From Octopus vulgaris (lineage: Eukaryota), in assembly GCA_951406725.2 (NCBI GenBank), contig OX597818.1, positions 12,710,001-12,774,000 on the forward strand: a stretch of DNA of 64,000 bases, written 5' to 3'. Position 1 is the first letter of the stretch, and every line of letters begins with the position of its first letter. The notes beneath the pieces were generated by a model. The model was not told where the DNA came from. It worked only from the letters and a program-made list of their open reading frames with translations, and searched no databases. Below, one piece after another: positions 1-11,160 of the stretch. The translations under genes and the position numbers were made by a program.

Positions 1-89
1 CATTTTGTTTGCTTGTTTGTGCGCCTGCGCCTGCGTCAGTGTGCATGTCTATACACATATGTAAGTATGTATGTGTGTATGTGTGTATA

Positions 90-133
<44 letters not shown>

Positions 134-550
134 CATGTGTGTATGTTTGTACGTATCTATGTATTCGGCGTATTCGCGTGTTTGTGTGTTTGTATGTGTG
201 TGTATCTTAGATACCATGCAGTTATCATTGGTGCATGTGGTATTCTCAAAGGGGTATTCCTACATAGTTGTGATCTGATAGATCAAAACATCAAAAAGAA
301 AAGATACTCACAAATTAACCAGTACCAAAAACGAAAGAGGATCCTACTACATGGACTGAAAAACCTCACTACACCACACGAAAGAGAGAGATTCGTAACA
401 AACATCGAACAAGAATACTACTGAATTAACCATGCCTGTAACAAACACTTTAAGAACAAACTAAAAGGGATGAAACGGTAACAACAACATTTACACCTAG
501 GAATATACGGTGCAGTATAGCTAGATATGGATGAAATGCATGTTTTTGAG

Positions 551-838
551 CAGAGGTTCTCAAAACTTTGGGCCACTGCTCCTTCATAGCCACATAACAC
601 CCACATCGTCCCACCACTATTTGTATATATAAAAATAATTATTTATATTTTAATAGTTTATATGTACTATGAAACATTTGATATTTAATGTATTATATAA
701 TTTGTATACAATACTGTAATAATATTATGATAAAGTCATAGCGTCCCCCAATCTACTGCCATCCTCCCAACGACTCCTTTTCCTCTACAAACCTCCACCT
801 ACCCTTAGGTACAAGTGCTCACCTGGATAGTTTCAACA
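551..838. mobile_element. hAT-like non-autonomous MITE, copy 1 (right end not recognisable)
   Basis: Starts CAGAGGTTCTCAAA and aligns over ~290 bp with 15428-15715 (shared blocks CATTTGATATTTAA, ATAATTTGTATACAATA, TCCCCCAAT, CTCACCTGGA). Confidence 0.6.
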
Positions 839-1448
839 TACTTGTTCTATATGTTGGAAATACAAGTACCTTGTAATTTATCCTGGCAAAATATATTCTT
901 AAGCATTTAAATTGTACGATAACGTAAATTTAGGAATTATGATCTAATCTATGATTTCGTGCGCAATATCTGATCATGTACAATGTATATCATATTGATA
1001 GTTGTACAAATGGTGAAAAGGTGAAAGTAATGCGGAGAAAAAGTATAGGAAAGTTGAAGAGAGAGCAGCAGAGAGAGAGAGAGAGAGAGAGGGAGAAGGA
1101 GAAAGAGAGAGAAAGAGAGAGAGAGTGGGGGTGAGAAATATATATTTTAACGCAAAAGTATAGAGAATGAGCACATGGTGTACAAGGATTATAATTTTGT
1201 ACTTTGATATATTATGTAGAAATAGCGATGTAAATACAAGAACATTCTAATTAAATCTATTTAATATTCTAATTAAATCATAATACTTCGCACTTTCTCT
1301 GTTTCTTCACTATGAATCTCTTTGAATTACAGAGCACAATATGGATAGCATCAATCTACACTTGCGTACTTAAATAAATACATCAATAAAATGTTGCTCA
1401 GAAATATTATATTTCTTCCGTATGTGTTTTGTTCATAAATATATATAT

Positions 1449-2435
1449 AGTTGAAATTTACAGAAAAACGAAGACAGGTTTATAAACAACAAACAGGTGT
1501 ATTAGTTTAACTCTGGGGGATGTGAGAAAGTTTTTTACGTTTCGCGCCTACGCTCTTCAAGAGAAAGAAAAACGAGGAAATACACAGAGAGAGGATAGAA
1601 AACTTTTTGGGCAAGCGGTCAATTACGGCAGTTGGCTGTAAAAAACTAGTTAGACGGGAAAGCTAGGAAGGAGGGGAAATAATAAAGTATTGGTGATCCC
1701 AATACGTAGGTGCGCGTGTGTATGTTTGTGGGAGTGTGTAAGTATGTGCCTGTGGACAGGGACTGGTGACGTGCGGGGATGTGTGATGTGGTTTGGTGCT
1801 GTGTGGTTTGGTATGGTATAATGTGGTGTATTAGTGTGTGGTGTGGGTGGTGGGTTTGGGATATGTGTGGGTGGAGTGTCGATGGAGGAGTAACGATGAA
1901 GGAAGATGGAGTGGTAACGATGAAGGGAGATGGTCGGTATGAATGAAGAGAAGTAGGTGTCAGGGCAAAGGAGAAGAGGAGAGGTGGGTAGGAGTGAAGA
2001 GAGGAAGTAGGTGTGAGATGAAGTGAGGAGGGGAGAAGGGATCAGATAAAGTTGGAGGGGAGTTGAGCCCATGTTGCGCAAAAGAGCGAAGAGAGAAGAT
2101 TAATTCCTGTTCACAGCGAAGGTGGGAATGCGGATGGTCCCTGTGCAAAGACAATCCAACCACAGACAGGTTTTGTAATAAATGACCGATAGAGTGGAAA
2201 TGGCACGAGACCTGGGTATCGTTGCAGAGTCTAATGTCTCAGAAGTGCTCCACTAACCGGTCAGCTATGCGGCGTCCCGTTCGACCGATGCACAGAGGAC
2301 AGAAAGAGCAGGTGGTGTAGTAAATGACGTTGCTAGAAGGGCATGTAAAGGAGTCAGTGATATGATAGGAACGATGATGGGTGCCTGTGAAGATGTTGGA
2401 GACGTTGAAGCAGGAGCAAACACCTACCATCTTCT
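1449..2435 (-). mobile_element. Penelope-like element 3' part: GIY-YIG endonuclease relic, 3' UTR and terminal repeat
   Basis: Minus ORF 2239-2430 FTCPSSNVIYYTTCSFCPLCIGRTGRRIADRLVEHF is a degenerate GIY-YIG with Cys motifs. It continues as GLSLH...EQELIFSLRSFAQHGLNS (1960-2163). The terminus ...TTTCAAC abuts (TA)n and is homologous to 56115-56302. Confidence 0.85.
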
Positions 2436-2639
2436 AGCCACGAGAGCACTAAAACGTACGGTTTCAATCCCTTTGTAGACAACATCAGTGATAGATACAC
2501 GTCCGCAAGAGATAGCAGTAGTTCACCTGAGCTCGCAAATATAGAAATCAAGTGACACACATTCACCGATCTTGCAACAAGCAAATTAGCTAGTTAGAAA
2601 ATGTCTATAAAAAATTAAAGTAGTAAATATACTGGGAAG

Positions 2640-2731
2640 TAATGTTTATCCCCACCTAACTACTACTGTTTGTAAAACCGAAAGATAATGTTTATCCCCA
2701 CCTAACTACTACTGTTTGTAAAACCCGAAAG
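2640..2731. repeat. 46-bp direct tandem duplication
   Basis: TAATGTTTATCCCCACCTAACTACTACTGTTTGTAAAACC(C)GAAAG occurs twice, head to tail. Confidence 0.9.
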
Positions 2732-2792
2732 TAAACACATAAATGTGAAACAAGGTGGAAAAAAGAGTACTCAAATAAGTGGTAGATAATAT

Positions 2793-2796
<4 letters not shown>

Positions 2797-2882
<86 letters not shown>

Positions 2883-2928
2883 TATATATATATGTATATA
2901 TATAAATCTTAAATTATATGTATATATG

Positions 2929-2975
<47 letters not shown>

Positions 2976-2980
2976 ACATA
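2797..2980. repeat. (TA)n microsatellite, representative of many TA/CA/TG tracts in the window
   Basis: Direct read. Confidence 0.95.
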
Positions 2981-3294
2981 TACAAATATGTAGTTCAGAG
3001 CAGGGTTCATTAGAATCTAAGTATATCAACGTATAAGGCAGAGGAATAGTTAGATACTTAGTATTGAGCCTACAAGGTGAGACAGTTTAGGGACCCAATC
3101 TGATATAAACAGTAGATCAAACATGGATAATTCCAAGGGTACTGCATGTATATAGACGAACACAGGTGGGGTTAAAATTCAGAACAGCAGTTTCGGTAGA
3201 ATTGTATTGCTGCATTCTGAGATTACATCATGGCAAAAATCAACCATCAACAGGTAAATTGTAATCAAATGAAGAATTAAAGAAAAAATAGACA

Positions 3295-3627
3295 CAGTAA
3301 TCACTCGCCATATCGCGGTTCACCTATCGCGCACTCTGTACATTTGACTAACATATGTAAATTTATATCTCGTACTCCTCTGTATATCGCGGATTTACTT
3401 GGCCGATATGTATTCATATTTTTTTAGATTTTAATTATTTTGCTGGTAAATTAGGCATTTTCACGCCTAGAAATTAATAGATCAATGATTAAAAAGCGAG
3501 TGTGTGGTGATGTTTTGCATTTATAATAAATAAATATACACAAATTATAAAAATAATAAAAAATATATACAGTACAGTTTCTACTTCGCGGATTTTCCCC
3601 TATCTCGTGATAGTCGGGGGATTACTG
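3295..3627. mobile_element. Tigger/pogo-like (Tc1/mariner) MITE
   Basis: Imperfect TIRs CAGTAATCACTCGCCATATCGCG ... CGTGATAGTCGGGGGATTACTG. TA lies at the right flank; the left flank is CA. Confidence 0.7.
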
Positions 3628-3916
3628 TATAGGTAAGTTCAGTACTGGGGTCGATATAATCGTCTTGCAACCTTTTCAGTAGTCTTGACTTAAGAAAGTA
3701 TTATGTTATATTTCGACTGACATACATAACCATATTGCAACAATTAATGTTTAAACTATATTTTCGTGTAAAAATATTAAATTGATATAATTGTACATAT
3801 ATATAATAATGCACGTATATGCACGAAAATATGTCTATGTTTATACGCATGCATGTATTTATGTATCTATGTCTCTACTTCTCAACCTGTCTGTCTGCCT
3901 CTCTGGTTGTTTGCCT

Positions 3917-3917
3917 G

Positions 3918-3953
<36 letters not shown>

Positions 3954-3961
3954 CTATCTAT

Positions 3962-3997
<36 letters not shown>

Positions 3998-4065
3998 ATC
4001 TATTTATCTATCTATATATATATATATACATGTATATATATGTAGATATCTTTATGTACATACAT

Positions 4066-4145
<80 letters not shown>
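3917..4145. repeat. Compound (CTAT)n/(TA)n/(TACA)n/(CA)n microsatellite
   Basis: Direct read. Confidence 0.95.
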
Positions 4146-4147
<2 letters not shown>

Positions 4148-4994
4148 GTGTGCGTTTTAGTGTGACTGTATTTATGTATATGCCTGTATGTTTGTATCTT
4201 TCAGAATATGCACACTCATATACGTTTGTAATTATATGCATAATGGCTATATATGTGTGAGTGTGTATGATAAACACAGATTTGTTAGCAACACTTAACG
4301 TAAATAATGACTTTGTCAGATTGTCAGATTATTTTATTCAAATCACGTCTCCAATAACATTGAAGGCTGAAAGCTAAGAGAAAGTTAAAAATTACAACTA
4401 TTTATATCCCATACTATGAAGTTTCTAAGACGATGAAGCCTAGAAAATATTTTAATCACATACAGATACATTAAGACGCTTTTCATTTCGTTGTGAATAC
4501 AGCTTCAATGGTTACAAGCATCCAATATGTCAGTTTTTCTCCATATATCTACGTATCTATTTCTATTTTCTGCATATATGTCTGTGGGTATCTATGTATG
4601 TGTTTGTCGCACGCGCGAGTGTTTGTGTGTGTGTTTGTGTGTGTTTGTGTGTGTGTGTGTGTGTGCTGTTTTTGTGCTCATATGATTAGCAAAAACCACG
4701 AATTCATTTAAAGATGGATATTGTTTAATGAATACTAGCGTCATACATGAGCTATTTAGCGTAACATGATCGATTCCAGGCAGTCATTCATGCACTAATA
4801 CTATGACCACACTCTGAGGAAATGCAAGAAAAAAAAACACGAGAATAAACAAAGAAAGAATTAGATAAAAAGCTTGAAGAAAGTTGAAAGGGAAACGGAA
4901 ATAATTCATTCGTTATATCCGTTAAAAAATATAAAAATTTGTTATTAGACGTTCACTGTCGTTTTACTGAGAGATTTGTCAAAATGACTACCTT

Positions 4995-5320
4995 TTATAG
5001 GGTGGCCGAAGGGGGAAATGCTTCTGAGTGTTAAATTGTGTGTCTAATCGTGTGAGCGGGTGTTTTCCAGTTCAGTAACAGTAACTCATCCTGATCCATA
5101 ACTTTGTAGTTATTAGATCGAATGATCTATTACTGCGGTCGGGACTAATATTTTTTACCTGCATTATACGAATGTTCAAAGTGAAACTACTGTTAGGCTT
5201 GTTTCTCCTTTGGGTTTACCGATGTTTTCAAAAACCAGTGCCGGCCAGGGTGCTATTTTAGTAAGGGGCTGTCTTATGGAATATTTCTTTAGAGGAAGAG
5301 TGGGCTTACATCTAATTACT
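4995..5320 (-). mobile_element. Degenerate Penelope-like RT-thumb/linker fragment
   Basis: Minus strand gives SKEIFHKTAPY*NSTLAGTGF and later KHFP, like the PLE EIFxKxAPYYNxAL..GF and KHFPxxH motifs. Confidence 0.5.
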
Positions 5321-5747
5321 AATAATAGGTATAAGGCCTGTCCAAGACGATATGAGGCGGCAAGACTGTTTCTGTAAATGTTTAAGATTTTTATTTGGCT
5401 TATGTCTGGGCTTATAAGTGTTTATGATTAAAACACTTTAGTCCGTCGGCCATTCGACTCCACCGATGAGGCAAGGTATCTTAGAGACCAACACCTAGTA
5501 CAACTTAATAATCACATTACAACATTAGCAGCATTGTTAAATTAACTGGATTTCTCTAAGGAATTAAGTCACATTTTCGTTTCGAACTTTCCTTAAAATT
5601 AGTAACATATTTTCTCGCAGTATTTGAGACTGAACGACGCCATCCATGCCAGTCACATCAGCGCACAAATGCGAATGGAATTTAAAATGGCTTGTGTGTG
5701 TATCGTTTAGTAAATGATACACACGCATATATATATATATATATATG

Positions 5748-5957
5748 ATCTCTTGAGCACCACCAGCAAAAATATTTTTTCCTCTGTCTTCCCTTCTTGG
5801 GATCTTTCCTTCTCCTTGTTTCCGACGAAGAGCTCCGCTCGAAACGTTAAAACCTCCTTCCCTTCTTTCCTGAGCGTCAATAATACTTTAATTGTTCCAC
5901 ATCCTCGCGTTGCTGTTTTTTTTTCTCTTTATTTTCTGTTTTCTTGTTTGGATTAAC

Positions 5958-5958
<1 letters not shown>
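5748..5958 (+). mobile_element. Solo Penelope-type terminal repeat fragment within (TA)n
   Basis: Flanked by (TA)n on both sides, ends ...GATTAAC-TATA, and contains a hammerhead-like motif. Confidence 0.6.
5817..5853 (+). ncRNA. Minimal hammerhead-ribozyme-like motif (U4C variant)
   Basis: GTTT-CCGACGA-A-GAGC(TCC)GCTC-GAA-ACGT-T-AAAAC: core, stem II and palindromic stem III. Confidence 0.5.
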
Positions 5959-6020
<62 letters not shown>

Positions 6021-6084
6021 GTATATATATATACATATGTATATATATATGTGTGTGTGTACATATATATGTATATGCATATAC

Positions 6085-6116
<32 letters not shown>

Positions 6117-6195
6117 TTGTATTTGTGTATATATACATACATACATAAATATATGCTATTATGCGATAGTCTTTTATTCAGTTATTATTTTATTT

Positions 6196-6300
6196 ATTTC
6201 AGTCATTTGACTGCGGCCATGCAGGACACCGCCTTTAGCCGAAGAAATCGACGTCAGGACTTATCCCTTTAAGCCTAGTACTTGCTATCGGTTTTTTGCA
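6196..6300 (-). mobile_element. SINE family A, 3' fragment
   Basis: TTTCAGTCATTTGACTGCGGCCATGC matches the copy at 46533-46969. Confidence 0.75.
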
Positions 6301-6914
6301 GTACCTGCTCTGTAATAAAGATTGCTTTGCAATCCTCAGTAGAAATACGCGGGAAATGCATGTATATATTGGGATCTGTAAAAACAGATTTATCGGTATG
6401 TATATGAATGTTTAGCTTATATATTTGTCACTGTATTTCGACTGAGGATTGCAAAGTAATCTTTATTACAGACTGTGAAATCTTAAGATAAAGGATTATC
6501 GGGAATTTTGTAAATCTTGCTCACTACCTCGCACTCGACCCGGGGTTATAAATAGAGAACAAATTTAGAGTGGGTTGGAGATATTTGACATCCAATTCTA
6601 GCATATAGGCGTTGGCATTCCAACGCCCTTAATCATAATTGTATTTTTATAAATATATACTTAAAAATTAATTTTTTGTACGCTAGCCACTGATATCATC
6701 ATTTTAATATTTATATCATCACTTTATATATATATATATCATATATATATATATATATTACACGTGTGTGTGTTTGTATGTAACTATATAATTTAGAGTA
6801 AGCTTTCCGCTTCCATACTTGTATATGTGTGTATATATTTACATAGGTAAATACATATATACACTATATAGATTAAGGTATATGTATTACTATGTATGTG
6901 TGTTTGTGTGTGTG

Positions 6915-6945
<31 letters not shown>

Positions 6946-8204
6946 TTGTGTACTTTGTTTATACCTTTTATGCATAGGGCAACGTATATTAGAAAACCCT
7001 GAATTAATATAATACAGTAAATATACACCTTTTGAAAGCTATCGTCGTGAAGTTTCAAAGAAGTACATAACTTTTATTATTCAATGTACAGATCAGTTCA
7101 TGGGAAATCTTTTCGTTGCCCAATTTCTGTTTAGATCACTTAATTGCCAGTATTGAAATCGTTATATGACCGTGTTCATGAATGGTGTATATACATAAAG
7201 TTAGGAAATACCAACTTTCATTCTTTTTCTTTATATAAACAAAAAATAAAACTTGGAATGTAGTAAAACAAGAAAAGAGAAAAAACACTGTATATATTAT
7301 ACCTTCTTAAAATTACTTTCTCTTTCATTTTGTTTATTTATTTTACTGAACTCTTCCCTATAGATGATAAATAAACCCACAATTAAACGCATACATTCTA
7401 TACTAATAAAGAACTGGAGGTAAAAGTGTTAATATGTAAAGAACGAATGTCAACTAATTAGTAACGTTCACAACAAAAACCATTGCTATATTCATACATC
7501 AGATTATGAGCAACTGCTCTCGGAAAAAATGGTTTTTCAAAATAATCGTAATTCTATCTCACCTTTCTAAATACGATTATTGATATGACTGTACTTTTCG
7601 TTCGTGCAATTTTCATTAACTTGCATGGATTTTTGTAGATTCGTTTAGATAAACATTCGTAACGAGATTATAAATCGTATCTTATTTATAAGTCATTTCT
7701 ATACCAATCGGTTTTTTTAACGCACTCTACTTAATCAAATTCATTGCCAAAATCTTCGAGAAACATTAACTATAATGAATATACACCCTTTCAATTTCAC
7801 TAAGAAGCAATTTCCACGCGCGGAATTTGAAGTGAATCAACGCTGTCCACGCCGCATTGAAACCAGAACAACAACAATATATTACATAGTGACATTCTGA
7901 CTTGCATCTGTCTTGGCAAATACACTCCTTTTACAAAATAATTAGGGGATGATACTTCACGGTTCATAGTTCCTTGACTAACAACCAGAGACGAAGTAGC
8001 CCTCGTCTTTGTGTCCGGGAAGAAACCTTACATAAGTCGTTATTTAAATCAAACATAAACAAGAACTTAGTTGCAGTGTATGACTAGTTATTTCCCCTTA
8101 CATTCCAGATACGAACAACCATAATGAGTAATCTGCCTGCTTAAATTACAGCATAATAATACTAATGTGGTTAACTTACATGGCAGAAAGAGATATCGAT
8201 TTCA

Positions 8205-8398
8205 ATGTTTGGCACAAGGCCAGCAATTACGGGATGGAGGCCAGTAGATTACATCGACTCCAGTATCAACTGGCAGGTTATTTTCTCGACTGCGAAATAA
8301 TGAAAAGCGTTGTCGGAATTTGAACTCAGAACGTAAATACAGACAAAGTGCCTCTAAGCATTTTACGCAATGCGGGTACGATTCTGCCAGCTTACCGT
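8205..8398 (-). mobile_element. SINE family B (tRNA-derived, Meta-like core), diverged copy
   Basis: GGAATTTGAACTCAGAACGTAA...CGATTCTGCCAGCT matches 55154-55385 and 52898-53116. Confidence 0.75.
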
Positions 8399-8414
8399 TT
8401 TATAGCATGTATAT

Positions 8415-8488
<74 letters not shown>

Positions 8489-8770
8489 TAAAGTATTAAT
8501 TAGAAAGAGACAAATTTCAAGATCGATATTATTCGTTATCAAAGCCGACACAACTAAACATAGAGGGTATATATAAGCCATTATAAATATGTGACCATAT
8601 AACATATAAAAACATATACATAAATATAATAGTGTAATTCCGTGCCCAAATCAAAGTCGGGTACAGAATTACATAAATACAGAGAAATCAAAAAGTTTGC
8701 AGCTGGCGAGATGACAGTTCACAATAATCCAAAAGGGAACTCTAATAAACGAATCTAATAAATACGAAAG

Positions 8771-8860
8771 AATCTTACGGCCGTATCTGGGAATGTGCGA
8801 TGAATTGTGTAAGTAAATCCATTTCAACTTCAGTAATCCACATTTCTTTCATCAGAGAAT
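8771..8860 (-). ncRNA. Degenerate hammerhead-like motif with extended stem II
   Basis: Minus strand: TCT-CTGATGA-AA-GAAATGTG...CACATTCC-CA-GAT-ACGGCCGT-A-AGA. Stem III is palindromic, but the GAAA strand is mutated. Confidence 0.35.
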
Positions 8861-9376
8861 ATGTACGGATTCAGAATTTTAAATAAAATAATAAAATTAT
8901 TCCTGATATTGTAAATATATGAAGTGCCATCTCATCAAACAGAAACTTTTTGATATGTCTGTATGTATTTATGCAATTCTCTATCGAACTTTGATTTGCT
9001 CACGGAATTACACTATCATATGTATGTATACGTTTTTATATGTTATATGTTCGCACTTTTATAATGGCTTCGGTATCCTCTCTGTGATTAGATTGTGTCG
9101 GATTTGATAAAGAGTATTATTGACCTTGAAATTTGTGTTTTTCTAATTAATATTTTAATCTAATCTCTCAATAATCTGAGACCTACGCTGTTGTTTTTTG
9201 AAAAGAGTTCACCTCCTTAATTTTTCATTACCCATATATATACATATGTGTGTGTATGTGTGTTTGTGTATATATACATACATATATATATAAATGTGCG
9301 TATATATTTATATATGTATGTATATATATATCTGTAAACACACACACATATAGATACATACACGTGTGTGTGTACA

Positions 9377-9438
<62 letters not shown>

Positions 9439-10431
9439 CGCATGTGTGTGTATGGGTGCGCATTTCCATGAGTGTGCAGGTGGAGGTTATTTTGTGTGTT
9501 ATACTAATAATTTTGTGTTAAGGCTGTTTACTCTTAAGGCTTTCTTATTTTGAATTGATCTGTACCTATTTATAAATGTCGAAATATGATTCCTACTTAA
9601 ATTAAAATTATACATATACAGAACGATAAATCAATACCGGTAAGTTTCAAACCGTAGGTAAAACAAATTTCTTAATATTGCTATTTATTTTATCGCTCAC
9701 CGAGAATGAAATGCCGCCCCATTGAACCTGAATTCAATTTTGAAGTCAGTAGCAATATAGCATCCATTGCATTAGTTTTCATTATTGACTTTTGTATTGT
9801 TATAACAGCGGAGATCGTATAATGAGTTGTTTAAGCCCCATTATGTTTTCTATGGAAAGAAACGCATGTTTACTTAAATTTGAATACGACTTATATTTTC
9901 AGTTACGATTTTTCTAAATAAACATTGTAAAAAAGATAGATAGGCGAGAAAACAAATATATAACATTTACAATACAAAAATTTCAATTGAAAACTTTTGT
10001 AGTAATACTTATGATATACATTGCCTTTCAGCTCAACCCTTGTTTATGAAAGCCTGGAGATATTTATGGTTCCTTGGAAAATATTTCGTTACACGCATTT
10101 TCATTTTCGTATACATTAAATTGCTTAATTTTCCTATTTGCATTTCAATTTAAATAGAATTATATGGCTGTTTTAGTATGAAATATTCTCATAACTAGGT
10201 TATTAGAATACACTCCATTATAGTAAACACTCCATTTATTTGTTATAATTTATTATCACCCTAAGGCACAATCCCCAGATGCTATTAATATGTCGATAAA
10301 TATCTAAAGTTTTAGTTTGACATTTTAAAAAGGTTTTAGTCCTGGTACTATGTGTATACTGACGAAGTGTTAACTATAAATTCTCTTATTTCTTTGACCG
10401 TAAACATATTTGTCATAGAACTGCATAATAC

Positions 10432-10472
<41 letters not shown>

Positions 10473-11084
10473 ACACACAAATATATATAATAAAGGGTAA
10501 CGAGACACACATATATGTATACTTGTAAAGGTTTCTCATGACGATTAAATAAAATCAAACCAGATCAACACCTAGGATGCTAGAACGGGTAGGTCGATAG
10601 CATAGAGCTTACAGCGACGTAAACAGCATTGACTATATCATGTGTTGTTAGGATATTGTAAATATACAGGTACCAACTTTAATTTAAACCACTGATACAA
10701 CACTGATGTGGGTCCTGTGTGTGGCATAGGTATAAAAGTGAAGACAAATGACTTTGAAAATTTACGACAGCTGTTTCGGTAGAATGTTATTGATGTATAT
10801 ATAAAAAATTACACCATAACATACTATACGCCAACATCAGGTAAAATATTATACAGATGATGCATATTACATTAAACTGGATAGATTGCGCGTCAGTTCA
10901 CATTGTCTGTCCTCGTTGATGTACGAAACACATAAAATACATACAACTAACCTGCTTATTAGGAAAGGCGAAGAACATTCGAAAATTCTTGGCTGGCTAA
11001 GGTCACAGATAGTGACCTCTTATACAAAGAATAAAACTTTCCTTAATTACAACATAGGGGTGAGATATGAGACATTTTCAAGCT

Positions 11085-11085
<1 letters not shown>

Positions 11086-11149
<64 letters not shown>

Positions 11150-11160
11150 TATTAATAATA
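11086..11160. repeat. (TAA)n microsatellite directly 5' of the R4/Dong element
   Basis: Direct read. Confidence 0.95.

Noticed and set aside
9-424. ORFs rich in YIYI/CVCV, and all similar ORFs across the window
   Set aside because: They are translations of TA/TG/CA/CTAT/GA microsatellites. The 210-510 segment may be a retroelement fragment but has no diagnostic motif.
2640-2731. CRISPR-like repeat
   Set aside because: Only two adjacent units, no spacers and no cas genes.
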